Source: an uncultured SAR86 cluster bacterium
GTDB lineage: Bacteria > Pseudomonadota > Gammaproteobacteria > Magnimaribacterales > AG-339-G14
Assembly: GCA_902526045.1 (NCBI GenBank)
Contig: CABZJI010000001.1
Span: 26,482 to 90,481, forward strand
Length of the DNA stretch: 64,000 nucleotides
Direction of reading: 5' to 3'
How positions within the stretch are numbered: the first letter of the stretch is position 1; each line of letters starts with the position of its first letter. A model generated the notes under the pieces. It made no database searches. It had not been told where the DNA came from and saw only the letters and a program-made list of their open reading frames with translations. The translations under genes were made by a program, and so were the position numbers. Shown here piece by piece: positions 52,763 through 62,448 of the stretch.

Positions 52763-52867
52763 ATGAAGAAACCCGAAGATAATTTTGTAATCCAATATTA
52801 TAAATTCATTGTTACGCCAATTTTAATCACTGTTTTTATATGGCTAATGATCGATAGATTTTTGTGA
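52763..52867 (+). CDS. 34-aa single-TM peptide, absent from ORF track
   Basis: MKKPEDNFVIQYYKFIVTPILITVFIWLMIDRFL; TATAAT 6 nt upstream; GTGA overlap with next ORF. Confidence 0.5.
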   Translation: MKKPEDNFVIQYYKFIVTPILITVFIWLMIDRFL

Positions 52868-53061
52868 AGCTTTTCATAAGTGGCTTAGTTTTTTTTATTG
52901 TCATGTTTTACGGCATCAGATTATCGCATCGTCTCCGCGATCGTCATCTGACAAACGTGACAGATGATAATGTCCGCATCGCACTTGGTATGTTATCTTT
53001 TGTGGTCATTGCTGCGATGGCAATAAGTGCATCAATGATTGCTCAGTATATTATTGAGTAA
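52864..53061 (+). CDS. Small two-TM membrane protein
   Basis: 65 aa, two hydrophobic helices. Confidence 0.55.
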   Translation: MKLFISGLVFFIVMFYGIRLSHRLRDRHLTNVTDDNVRIALGMLSFVVIAAMAISASMIAQYIIE

Positions 53062-53479
53062 ACAAACCTATCGTTGAAAAGATACTTAAGACAAAACACG
53101 CTGTGACACCCGTAGTTAAGTTCAATCTTAAGCTGGCGTAGTCTTCATCAGCAAAACTGTCACTGGTTCTTTTTTCTTGTAGATAACAAAGAGGAAAACT
53201 AAGCGTCAGCATTATCAAAGGAATCATGACGTTAACCGTGAACAAAAAAATGCTTACAAAACCTAATAATGAGAACAATATACCGGACACTAAGTCGGAC
53301 TGTTTCTTAGAAGATTGCCAAATAATCCCGCCTAAAAATGAAAGGATGATTGCTCCGTAAATTACCAAACCTATCAATGACGGCCTCAGCCAATTTTCTC
53401 CTAGGATCCAGGGCAAAATAGTGAGTGCGGCGAAAGGAATAAACCCTAGATATCCTAATATGATTTTTGTTTTTAGCAT
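53051..53479 (-). CDS. DUF3429 membrane protein
   Basis: LGYLGFIPF, YGAIILSFLGGIIW, Y..LR..LT. Confidence 0.88.
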   Translation of the reverse strand: MLKTKIILGYLGFIPFAALTILPWILGENWLRPSLIGLVIYGAIILSFLGGIIWQSSKKQSDLVSGILFSLLGFVSIFLFTVNVMIPLIMLTLSFPLCYLQEKRTSDSFADEDYASLRLNLTTGVTACFVLSIFSTIGLFTQ

Positions 53480-53509
53480 TTCAAAAATTTTGCTAGTATA
53501 AAAGTAAAG

Positions 53510-54457
53510 ATGTTCTTAAAGAAAATTATACCTTGTTCGCTTGTAATGATATTTCTGTCTTGCAGTGAAGTTAAACTGCCGGATTTTAATGTTTATGCTG
53601 AAGGCCAAAAGGAGGTTCTAGATGCTTTTGGATTTACCTTCGATCCTTCCTTGATAAGACATGAAACGATTAAAGAAGATTTCCATGTAATTTTTGGTTT
53701 CGGAGGAAATATTTTAATTTCAATTGGAGAAGATGGCGTTCTAGCAATTGATTCACAGTTCCCTCAAATCTATCAGGCTTTGCTGGCAAAAATAAAATCT
53801 CTTGGAGGTTCGGGCATAAACCATATTATCAATACTCATTGGCATTTTGATCATGCCGATGGAAATAGAGCTTTTGGCCCTTTAGGTGCAGAAATTTATG
53901 CACATATAAACTCTCTAAATTATATGAAATCGGGAGCTTCGATTAACTTAGTCGGTGCCGTTTATCCGCAGCAACCCTATGAAGAGGAAGCGTTAGCGAC
54001 CGTCACTTATAAAGATACTCTTGATCTAAATTTAAACGGTCAAACCATTAAGCTAATGAACTTTGGTCCTGCTCACACCACTGGCGATACGGTTATTTTC
54101 TTTAAAGAAGCAAATATTATCCATACTGGAGATTTAACTAACTTAGATGGACTGCCCTTTATCGATGCAGATAACGGCGGAACCCTTGAAGGGATGATTT
54201 CTTCCCTTTATAGAGTACTTGAGCTGATCGATGACAATACCATTGTAGTTCCAGGTCATGGACCTATCGCTGATAAGGACACAATTAAAAGTTTCTTAAT
54301 GAAGCTTGTAGCAGTAAACAACAGAATAGACGCTTTAGTTGGCCAAGGTAAATCAGCACAGGAAATCCTTGAAATAAATCCTGCAAAGGAGATCATCGAA
54401 GAGGATCCTTTCCCTATATTGGTTAACAGAGCCCTCGTCGGAAAGGGTTTACTTTAA
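53510..54457 (+). CDS. Metallo-beta-lactamase-fold hydrolase, exported
   Basis: THWHFDHADGN, AHTTGD, TGDL, VPGHG; FLSC possible lipobox. Confidence 0.9.
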   Translation: MFLKKIIPCSLVMIFLSCSEVKLPDFNVYAEGQKEVLDAFGFTFDPSLIRHETIKEDFHVIFGFGGNILISIGEDGVLAIDSQFPQIYQALLAKIKSLGGSGINHIINTHWHFDHADGNRAFGPLGAEIYAHINSLNYMKSGASINLVGAVYPQQPYEEEALATVTYKDTLDLNLNGQTIKLMNFGPAHTTGDTVIFFKEANIIHTGDLTNLDGLPFIDADNGGTLEGMISSLYRVLELIDDNTIVVPGHGPIADKDTIKSFLMKLVAVNNRIDALVGQGKSAQEILEINPAKEIIEEDPFPILVNRALVGKGLL

Positions 54458-54524
54458 AGTCACAATTCTTACTCAAAAACTCTTTCTCCCATGCTAGTCT
54501 TATATTGATTATAGGAGATTTAAA

Positions 54525-55265
54525 ATGAAAAAAATAATATTACTTATGGCGTTAATTGGCCTACCAATTAGTCTTGTTGCTCAAGAAGTGCCCGATCCTC
54601 TCACTGCTGGATACAGTCAATGTAAATTTCTTCCTGGAAAAGGTATGAAGTCGCTTGAGGAGTATGTTGAACTTTTTAATGAGGAGTTGGACAAAGCGAA
54701 AATTGAAATGGGTTCAACAATGTTGGTGCCATTTTTTAAGACTGATATTTCAGAATATGATGTTTTATGGGTCAATACTTGGCAAGACAATACTCAAGCA
54801 GGCAAAGCAATGGATTGGTGGCTTTCTGATGCAGGGGAAAAATCAAGAGATGCTTGGCCAATGTTTTGCGATACTCAAATTCTAACTTATCAATGGTGGA
54901 TGGATGCAGTTACCGACCGAGATGATCTTGAGGGTCAAAATTTCAGCGCGTCTTATTACACATGTAACTTAAATGATGGGAAAAACCTGAGCGATGCTTA
55001 CTTAGCTTCCAATGCAGAACTTAAGCTAGGACATTCAAAAGGTTCTAAATCTAGCTCTGCGCTAATAAGACCTTCTTCAGGAACAAATGCTGCCGAATTT
55101 CCTTTTGATTTTGTGAGGTTGTTCACAAATCCTTCTTTTACCAATTGGGGTGAAGCTGTTGACGGTTGGTACGATGACGTAAGAGGATCAGCCGAAAGCA
55201 ATGCGGTAAGAGATGCTTTCGATTGCAACGGTTCAACTTTATTTTCTGGAAGAATAGTTCGTTAA
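54525..55265 (+). CDS. Secreted two-repeat hypothetical protein, type A
   Basis: Signal peptide; CKFLPGK..YDVLWVN..C and CNLNDGK..FDFVRLF..FDC halves; AGGAG SD. Confidence 0.8.
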   Translation: MKKIILLMALIGLPISLVAQEVPDPLTAGYSQCKFLPGKGMKSLEEYVELFNEELDKAKIEMGSTMLVPFFKTDISEYDVLWVNTWQDNTQAGKAMDWWLSDAGEKSRDAWPMFCDTQILTYQWWMDAVTDRDDLEGQNFSASYYTCNLNDGKNLSDAYLASNAELKLGHSKGSKSSSALIRPSSGTNAAEFPFDFVRLFTNPSFTNWGEAVDGWYDDVRGSAESNAVRDAFDCNGSTLFSGRIVR

Positions 55266-55276
55266 TGGTTTTCAAT

Positions 55277-55310
55277 AAAAAAAGGAAGGCTAAAGCCTTC
55301 CTTTTTTTTT
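55277..55310. terminator. Bidirectional intrinsic terminator
   Basis: A-run, AAGGAAGGC-TAAA-GCCTTCCTT, T-run between convergent genes. Confidence 0.85.
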
Positions 55311-55317
55311 ACCAAAC

Positions 55318-56019
55318 TTAGTATTGGATTAACGTATATCCAGCGTCAACAGTAACGATTTCTCTGATTGATTCTACTTCTTGAATAAATGTTTTAAAGT
55401 TATCACTTGCTTGACTGACGCTCAAAGCTTCGGTCATTTCAGCCATGGACGAACCAAAAATATAGGCAAAGTGAGTCATTCCATCAACTCCTCCTGACAT
55501 GATTCTGTTCACGCCATAACTTCCTGAGGCTAAGCCATCTTCAGTTTGTGCTTCCATCATCTTTTTATAAGCAGTAGCGTATTTGGCTTCATCCGAGACT
55601 TTCATTTGCCAAAGCATGTAAACGTTAGCTTCTGGAGCGCTTCCACCAGCATAAATAGGTGTCGAGAGAATCTGATATTCCTGAGTCACAACACCTACCC
55701 CGTCAGCAAGAAATTGTTGGGCAGCTGCACAAGTTTGAAAAGTTTGACGCACTGCGTCCATGCCTTTCCCATTTTGATAATTAAAGGTAAGTATATGTGT
55801 GGCTGCATTATCTCCATTGAAGTGCGGCTCAAACAGAGTTACTCGAGCTGGCATTTCTTTGGCGCAGTCAGACGCCATGAACGTTTGCAAAGATTCCACC
55901 ACCGCAGCAGGATTCGAAGTTGAAATCCCATAATGCGCAGTCATAGGTGGAGAAGCATGGCCGTCGGAGAAAAGATTCCCTGTGGCAACAATCATGAATG
56001 ATAGTAAAAACTTTTTCAT
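55318..56019 (-). CDS. Secreted two-repeat hypothetical protein, type B
   Basis: Signal peptide then DGH; ATHILTF and MTHFAYI repeats; start reset to ATG 56019. Confidence 0.78.
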   Translation of the reverse strand: MKKFLLSFMIVATGNLFSDGHASPPMTAHYGISTSNPAAVVESLQTFMASDCAKEMPARVTLFEPHFNGDNAATHILTFNYQNGKGMDAVRQTFQTCAAAQQFLADGVGVVTQEYQILSTPIYAGGSAPEANVYMLWQMKVSDEAKYATAYKKMMEAQTEDGLASGSYGVNRIMSGGVDGMTHFAYIFGSSMAEMTEALSVSQASDNFKTFIQEVESIREIVTVDAGYTLIQY

Positions 56020-56023
56020 AATC

Positions 56024-56755
56024 TTACTCAGCTGTGTATAGGATCTCACATTGTTCGTGAGAGTCTCTAACTATTTCATCTACTAGAGCCATCATTCCTA
56101 AGAATGCTTGTCCCCATGCTGCCCCGCCATAACCTTCTTCATAAAGAGAACCAAAAGATTCTCCGTCAGGAGCAATCCCTCTTAACATCATAGAAGTTTC
56201 TTTGGATCCTCCTCCTAAAGGTAGAAAAACACCCATTTCAAATTCAGAACCCGAAGCATTTATAGCAGCCTGAACCATTTCTGTAGCTTGAAGAAACTTT
56301 TGGGTATTCTCAGGCTTAACCATCACTCTAGTGACTCTCTCAAATCCAGGTTTCAGTTCGAATGGTGTCAAAGGCTTCCATGCACTTGTATACAAAATTT
56401 TTCTCATATTTTGAAGCTGCTTTGGAGCATCGTAAGGATTGTAAGAAAGACCTGCAGAGGAAGATAATGCATCTTTAAGACTGGAATAAGCATTCCAAAT
56501 AAACATTTCACCTGGATAATCATGACCAGTCATAGTCATGCAATAACCAACAACATCTCCTCCACCGGCTGCTAATGCCTCTGGAGCTGCTTTAAGGGCT
56601 TCAATGTATTCGTAAGGATTTTCAGCAACTACATGAAATGTAGAAAATCCACCTTCAGGCAAGCCTGCTCCTGCGGCAGAACTTGCGGAAACATGGTCAT
56701 CAGCAATCGTTATATTTGCCAAGACCATAATTAAAATTAAATTAAATATTTTCAT
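56024..56755 (-). CDS. Secreted hypothetical protein, paralog of 56772-57479
   Basis: Signal peptide, GGFSTFHVVAENP..CEILYTAE; GGAG SD, start reset to ATG 56755. Confidence 0.8.
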   Translation of the reverse strand: MKIFNLILIMVLANITIADDHVSASSAAGAGLPEGGFSTFHVVAENPYEYIEALKAAPEALAAGGGDVVGYCMTMTGHDYPGEMFIWNAYSSLKDALSSSAGLSYNPYDAPKQLQNMRKILYTSAWKPLTPFELKPGFERVTRVMVKPENTQKFLQATEMVQAAINASGSEFEMGVFLPLGGGSKETSMMLRGIAPDGESFGSLYEEGYGGAAWGQAFLGMMALVDEIVRDSHEQCEILYTAE

Positions 56756-56771
56756 AATATCTCCAAAAAAA

Positions 56772-57479
56772 TTATTCAGCTGTATAAAGAATTTCACACT
56801 CATCATAGCTATCATCAATGATAGTTCCTAAACTGAGAAGTTTTTGATACATTTCAGCCCAGGTTACATTGCCAGCAAAAAAATCATCTGCGAATTTCCC
56901 ATGTTCACCTGGAGTATCTGTTAATCCTCTAACCATGTATTGATTTGCAACTGCTTCTTCTGCACCGCCACCTAATGGTTGAAAAATTCCCAAAACAAAG
57001 CCAGGGTTTGATTTCTGAAGTTCTTGCTCAAACATGGTAGCAACTTGAATGTATTCTAATAAGTTCTCAGGTTGCACGATAACTCTGTTGACTCTTTCGA
57101 AACTCTTCGGTCTTATGTCGAACGACTTAAGTGGTTTCCAAAAAGATGAATAAAGAGGTGTCCTCATTTGTTTCAAGGCGAAAGGAGCAGAGTAGGGATC
57201 GTAGGCAGTTGTATTATCCATTGCCTCCTCCATGCTAGCAAAAGCTTGCCATACAAACATTTCTCCAGTGTATCTACTTCCAGCTCTTGTAATGCATGTA
57301 CCGGCAGCAACCGGATTTTGATTTCCTAAAAGTTGTGAATTCTCTTTCAGATAATCAGCATATTCTGTTGGATTTTCAGCTTTAACGTGAAAAGTTGAGA
57401 AGGCTCCATCTCCAGGCGCATTCTGCGCAAAAATAAAACTGGATAAAGCCAGCATTGCCATAAGTTGTAAAAATTTCAT
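56772..57479 (-). CDS. Secreted hypothetical protein, paralog of 56024-56755
   Basis: Signal peptide, GAFSTFHVKAENP..CEILYTAE; AGGAGAG SD. Confidence 0.8.
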   Translation of the reverse strand: MKFLQLMAMLALSSFIFAQNAPGDGAFSTFHVKAENPTEYADYLKENSQLLGNQNPVAAGTCITRAGSRYTGEMFVWQAFASMEEAMDNTTAYDPYSAPFALKQMRTPLYSSFWKPLKSFDIRPKSFERVNRVIVQPENLLEYIQVATMFEQELQKSNPGFVLGIFQPLGGGAEEAVANQYMVRGLTDTPGEHGKFADDFFAGNVTWAEMYQKLLSLGTIIDDSYDECEILYTAE

Positions 57480-57558
57480 ATTTCTCTCCTAAAAATTTTT
57501 TACGGCCTTTAACTATAGTGAAAAATCAATTGTTATGGAATGCTAAAATGAAAGATAT

Positions 57559-58374
57559 ATGAAAACCAAAAATTGGGTAATTTATTTTGGAATTTTAGTA
57601 AGCCTTTTTCTTCTTAGTTGCGAGACGGAAATTACTGAAAAAGGGGATAAATTAATAATTGATATCGATGCTATTCAAGACGTTTATCCTAAAACAAGCG
57701 GAATTAATATTTACAAAACTTGTGCTAGAGGAAAAGAATTTTCAAAAAATAACCTTAAAGTTTTGCTAAGAGGATGGAATGAAGTGATGGAGGAGTTAAA
57801 TAATCCATCAACTAGGTCATCTTTGTTTCAAAAAAATAGATCGGATTTCCTTATTTGGAATGAAACGTGGTCTGACCTTGATACAAGAACTGAATTTGAG
57901 GCAATGTGGCAAGAGCTTTATGGAGAAAGATGGGATTCTAGGTTCGATAAAGTACTAGACTGCGATCAAGAGGCTGAAGAGATTACAGAAATAGTTTCTT
58001 CCAAAGAGCCCGACGTCGAGTGGTTGGGTCTCCCACCGCATTATGCAATGTTTGTTTCTTGTAATTTTAAAGAGAACAATGACCTCAACTTGGCTTTAAA
58101 AATTCTTTCAACGGTAGATAATGCTAATCCAGCTATATTCTCCAATTCACATCGATATAACGTCGAAATCACAAACGGTAATACCTTAGTATTTTTAGAT
58201 AAAGAAAGATTTGATTTTATTTGGAGTAATTTTTGGTTAAACAGTAAAGAACGTGATTTAACGAAAAAAAGGTTAGATGAAAACTTTATTTTTGAAAACC
58301 TATCGCTCTATTTTAATTGCAAGGTTAATGAATTTTCTTATGAGCCAATCAAATCAATAATACAAGATATTTAG
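57559..58374 (+). CDS. Lipoprotein, two-repeat type A homolog
   Basis: LLSC lipobox; KTC..DFLIWNETW..LDC and VSCNF..FDFIWSNFW..FNC. Confidence 0.7.
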   Translation: MKTKNWVIYFGILVSLFLLSCETEITEKGDKLIIDIDAIQDVYPKTSGINIYKTCARGKEFSKNNLKVLLRGWNEVMEELNNPSTRSSLFQKNRSDFLIWNETWSDLDTRTEFEAMWQELYGERWDSRFDKVLDCDQEAEEITEIVSSKEPDVEWLGLPPHYAMFVSCNFKENNDLNLALKILSTVDNANPAIFSNSHRYNVEITNGNTLVFLDKERFDFIWSNFWLNSKERDLTKKRLDENFIFENLSLYFNCKVNEFSYEPIKSIIQDI

Positions 58375-58375
58375 A

Positions 58376-59425
58376 ATGTTAGATCATCCTCAGAAGCTGT
58401 CCAAAAAATTAATATCAAGTTTATTTAATCGGGCAGAATCTGATTTGAATGATTTTAACTTTAATCCAGTAGGTTCAGGTCAAGTTGGAGATTGTTACCG
58501 AGTAAACCTAAACTGGAGAGATGTGAAAAATTCGCCTATTTCTTTTATTGCTAAATGTCCTGCTGAAGATTCATCAAGTAGAAATACCGCTAGAAACCTT
58601 CATCTATATGAAATAGAAGTATCTTTTTATCAACTTTTATCTTCGAGATGCTCTGCTCGAGTTCCAGAACTTTACTTCTCGGAATACGATAAAAAAACTA
58701 GCGATGGTGTTTTGTTACTAGAAGATATGTATCCTGCAAAACAAATTCCTCAAGTGGACGGTTGTTCTAGCAGTGAAGTAGCGATGGTCTTAAAAGAAGC
58801 TGCTGCGCTTCATAAAAGTTATTGGAACGATGAGACGTTATTAACCTATCCTTGGCTTACATATGGTATCAGTGAGGAAAGGAAAAAATTTGCTGCCGAA
58901 CTTCTACCGGCCGTCTATCCAGAATGGAAGAGACGGTATCAAGGCAGAATTTCAAATAATATTTTTAAAATGGGCGATACCTTGCTTGCAAACTACGAAA
59001 AATATGCTGACTTACAAGAAGGGCCCATGACTTTGGTTCAAGGAGATTTGAGACTCGATAATCTGCTTTTTACTGATAAAAATAACAGAGCTATTCTTTT
59101 AGATTGGCAAACTGCAGCAGTGGGCTTGCCTCTAAACGATGTTGCTTATTGCATCTCCACAAGTTTCCAAGATCCAAAAGAAAGAGCCAGAGAAGAAAAA
59201 AACTTGGTTAGGGAATATCATGATTTACTTAGAGTTAGTGATAGTTATACTTTTGAACAAGCTTGGGATGATTACCGACGAGCTTCCTTTGTTGGCTTTT
59301 TGATGGCTGTTTTATCTGCGATGATAGTGGAAAGAACTGACCGAGGAGATGAAATGTTTGCGGTAATGGCAGAAAGATCGGCATGGCAAGCTTTGCACTT
59401 AGATGCTTTATCATTTTTAGAGTAA
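58376..59425 (+). CDS. APH/EcKL-like phosphotransferase
   Basis: VGSGQVG, FIAK, EVSFY, LLLED, QGDLRLDNLLF, LDWQ. Confidence 0.88.
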   Translation: MLDHPQKLSKKLISSLFNRAESDLNDFNFNPVGSGQVGDCYRVNLNWRDVKNSPISFIAKCPAEDSSSRNTARNLHLYEIEVSFYQLLSSRCSARVPELYFSEYDKKTSDGVLLLEDMYPAKQIPQVDGCSSSEVAMVLKEAAALHKSYWNDETLLTYPWLTYGISEERKKFAAELLPAVYPEWKRRYQGRISNNIFKMGDTLLANYEKYADLQEGPMTLVQGDLRLDNLLFTDKNNRAILLDWQTAAVGLPLNDVAYCISTSFQDPKERAREEKNLVREYHDLLRVSDSYTFEQAWDDYRRASFVGFLMAVLSAMIVERTDRGDEMFAVMAERSAWQALHLDALSFLE

Positions 59426-59428
59426 ATA

Positions 59429-60856
59429 ATGTTTGAAAACATAAAATTTGAAAATCCTTTTTCTACTTTGCCCAGTAGTTTTTATACAAAACAGAATTGG
59501 TCCTCGTTTGATCAACCATTTTTACTTCACTTTAATCATGACTTAGCAAAAAGTTTGGGCATCAAAGATGATCCACAAGAATTAATGCAAATTTTCAATG
59601 GAAGTAAAAGTTTCACTAAAGCATCTCCTTTAGCGATGGCTTATGCTGGTCATCAATTTGGTAATTGGGTGAGTCAATTAGGTGACGGTAGAGGAATTCT
59701 TTTTGGTCAAATCGATTCATCTGAAGGGCTTATTGATCTTCACATCAAAGGTGCAGGAAAAACTCCTTATTCCAGATTTGGTGACGGTAGAGCTGTTATC
59801 CGCTCATCGGTTAGAGAACATTTGTGTGGTGAAGCTATGTTTGGACTAGGCATTCCAAGTTCGAGATCCTTAATGCTTTTCGGCAGTAACGAACCGGTAA
59901 TGCGTGAAGTAACAGAACGAGGAGCGATGATTGTTAGAACTGCTAAAACACATATCAGATTTGGACACTTTGAGTATTTTCATCACAACAAAATTACAAA
60001 TGGCGTAAAAACTTTACTTGATCATGTTATAGATTGTTACTACCCGGATACGAAACAGGATTCTGATAAATATTTATTATTTTTTGATGCCACGGTTAAA
60101 AAGACAGCTCATATGGTTTCAGCTTGGCAAAGTGTCGGCTTCAATCATGGAGTGATGAATACCGATAATATGTCTATCCTTGGTGAAACTTTTGATTATG
60201 GCCCTTACGCTTTCATGGAAAATTATGATCCAAACTACATTTGCAACCATACAGATTCACAAGGACGTTACAGTTTTTCAAACCAACCAAATATAGCTGA
60301 GTGGAACTGTTATGCCCTTGCCTCGGCTCTGATAGACATTTATAACGAAACAGAGTTAAGAGATACTTTAAATAATTTTAATGGTTACTTTTATGACAGC
60401 TTGATTGAGAAATATCGAAAAAAACTTGGTTTAAAAAGCGCCCTTGATAGTGACTATGATCTTCTTTTGGAACTGTTTAAGGTAATGGAGACAGATAACC
60501 TGGACTACACTAATACTTTTAGAGATCTATCTAAGATCATTTCTCTTCCTGACAACTATGAATTGTCTGAAAAGTTAACTCTTTGGCTTACCTCTTTCAA
60601 AGATAGATTGATTAAAGATGAAAACACAATTGAGGAATCTGTTTTGATGATGGACGATAATAATCCGAAATATATTTTAAGAAATTATTTAGCTCAATCT
60701 GCTATTGAGGATGCTGAGCTTGGAAAATCAAAAAAGATAGATGAGTTAGTTAAAGTATTGCGCGATCCTTATATTGATCAAGGCAAATCTATGGAACACT
60801 TTTGCAAACCTGCTCCAGAGGAACAACAAAATCAAAAACTTAGTTGCTCTTCATAG
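59429..60856 (+). CDS. selO: Protein adenylyltransferase SelO/YdiU
   Basis: YAGHQFG, LGDGR, KGAGKTPYSRFGDGRA, HGVMNTDN, C-terminal CSS. Confidence 0.95.
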   Translation: MFENIKFENPFSTLPSSFYTKQNWSSFDQPFLLHFNHDLAKSLGIKDDPQELMQIFNGSKSFTKASPLAMAYAGHQFGNWVSQLGDGRGILFGQIDSSEGLIDLHIKGAGKTPYSRFGDGRAVIRSSVREHLCGEAMFGLGIPSSRSLMLFGSNEPVMREVTERGAMIVRTAKTHIRFGHFEYFHHNKITNGVKTLLDHVIDCYYPDTKQDSDKYLLFFDATVKKTAHMVSAWQSVGFNHGVMNTDNMSILGETFDYGPYAFMENYDPNYICNHTDSQGRYSFSNQPNIAEWNCYALASALIDIYNETELRDTLNNFNGYFYDSLIEKYRKKLGLKSALDSDYDLLLELFKVMETDNLDYTNTFRDLSKIISLPDNYELSEKLTLWLTSFKDRLIKDENTIEESVLMMDDNNPKYILRNYLAQSAIEDAELGKSKKIDELVKVLRDPYIDQGKSMEHFCKPAPEEQQNQKLSCSS

Positions 60857-61090
60857 CAACAAAAGAAGAAAGGCGAGATCTACATGCTTTTTTCAATCGT
60901 AATAGACCGTGTCAATCCTTAAAAAAGAAATGCAATGAAAAGTTATTGCAAGCAACGCAACTCTTAGTCAGGCTAAATGATAACTAGAGAAATAAAGTAT
61001 CTGATGGAGAAACCAGTGGTAAAGAACAACATTATTAAAAGGTTTCGAAGTTTATGAAGGTTTGCTTAATCCATGAGTTCTGATCTAGAT

Positions 61091-61129
61091 TAGACCCTTC
61101 AGGCATTTTTGGGAGAACTGAAGGGTCTA
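61091..61129. terminator. 12-bp stem-loop downstream of small minus-strand ORF
   Basis: TAGACCCTTCAG-15nt-CTGAAGGGTCTA; no clear U-tract. Confidence 0.55.
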
Positions 61130-61153
61130 GGGGGAAATGTTCTTATAGATTGA

Positions 61154-61258
61154 TCAGATTAAACTAAAGCTCGCCAATCCTAGGCTGCCTAGATAAATCA
61201 AAAATCCCAAGCAGAAAGCTAATCCTATGCTTCCGGTGAAAACTTGGAAATTAATCAT
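61154..61258 (-). CDS. 34-aa hydrophobic small protein, absent from ORF track
   Basis: MINFQVFTGSIGLAFCLGFLIYLGSLGLASFSLI; AAGGAG SD 7 nt before ATG. Confidence 0.6.
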   Translation of the reverse strand: MINFQVFTGSIGLAFCLGFLIYLGSLGLASFSLI

Positions 61259-61446
61259 TTTTTTACTCCTTAATTAATTGTTAGTATGTATTTGCTAAGG
61301 AGTTCATTATAAATAAAGCATTTTGATCAAATGATCTAAAAGAGTGCATGTATGTGAAATGTAAGAAAAATAGAATTTTTTTTATATATTTGTAACTCTT
61401 AATTATTAAGAAAGTGTTTATTTATGCATTTCAAGGAAAATAAATT

Positions 61447-62448
61447 ATGAAAAGAATAGAAATAGATAAGCCAGGCGGTTTGGATAAACTTAAATTTGTT
61501 GATGCAGAGCAACCTCGACCTCAAAGCGACGAAGTTCTGCTTAAAGTTTCTCACAGCAGCCTTAACTATCACGATCTTCTTGTGGCTCTTGGTTTCATTC
61601 CGACTGATGATAAAAGAGTGCCACTTGGGGATGCTGGATGCACCGTTGAGGCGACTGGTGAATCAGTGACTGAATGGCAGGTTGGCGATCAAGTAATGAG
61701 TGTGAGTTTTCCAAGATGGATCGATGGCCCTCCAAAATACGAATACTTTAGCTTCATTGGGGATAATGAAGATGGTTTCGCAAGCGAGTTCATGACCATT
61801 AAAGCTAATGCATTGACTCCGATTCCTGAGGATTGGTCTTTGCAAGAGTCAGCTACTTTGCCTTGCGCCGGTCTCACCGCATGGCGAGCAATTATGGAAG
61901 AAGGAAACCTTCAACCAAACGAAACGATTTTGGTCCAAGGATCTGGTGGCGTTTCCACTTTTGCTCTTCAATTAGCTAAAGCTCACGGAGCAAATGTCAT
62001 TGCTACTACTTCTTCCGATGAGAAAGCTGAAAAATTAAAATCTCTAGGAGCTGATGAAGTAGTCAATTACAAAGAACATCCACAGTGGGGAAAAGAAGTC
62101 TTGAAATTAACTGCGAATGAAGGGGTAGATCATATCGTTGAAGTTGCAGGAGGAGAATCTTTCAATGAATCAATCCGATGTGCCAAACTAGGTGGCCATA
62201 TATCCATCATTGGAATCTTAGACGGGAATAAGAGTGAGATTTTATTGCCGAGATTATTTGCAAAGCAACTGCGAACTTCAGGAATATCCATGGGCAGCCA
62301 AAAATCTCAAAGAGATATGGTTGACTACCTCAATAAAACGAAAATTAGACCGATAATAAGTGACACTTTCTCATTAGAGAAATTAGCTGAAGCATTTCAG
62401 TTCCAAATGGATAATAAACACTTTGGTAAAATTTCAATTGAGATTTGA
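61447..62448 (+). CDS. MDR-family NAD(P)-dependent oxidoreductase
   Basis: SSLNYHD, LPCAGLTAW, VQGSGGVS, HFGKI. Confidence 0.9.
   Translation: MKRIEIDKPGGLDKLKFVDAEQPRPQSDEVLLKVSHSSLNYHDLLVALGFIPTDDKRVPLGDAGCTVEATGESVTEWQVGDQVMSVSFPRWIDGPPKYEYFSFIGDNEDGFASEFMTIKANALTPIPEDWSLQESATLPCAGLTAWRAIMEEGNLQPNETILVQGSGGVSTFALQLAKAHGANVIATTSSDEKAEKLKSLGADEVVNYKEHPQWGKEVLKLTANEGVDHIVEVAGGESFNESIRCAKLGGHISIIGILDGNKSEILLPRLFAKQLRTSGISMGSQKSQRDMVDYLNKTKIRPIISDTFSLEKLAEAFQFQMDNKHFGKISIEI

Noticed and set aside
60844-60987. 47-codon TTG-start ORF after selO
   Set aside because: No SD, overlaps the selO end, no recognisable features
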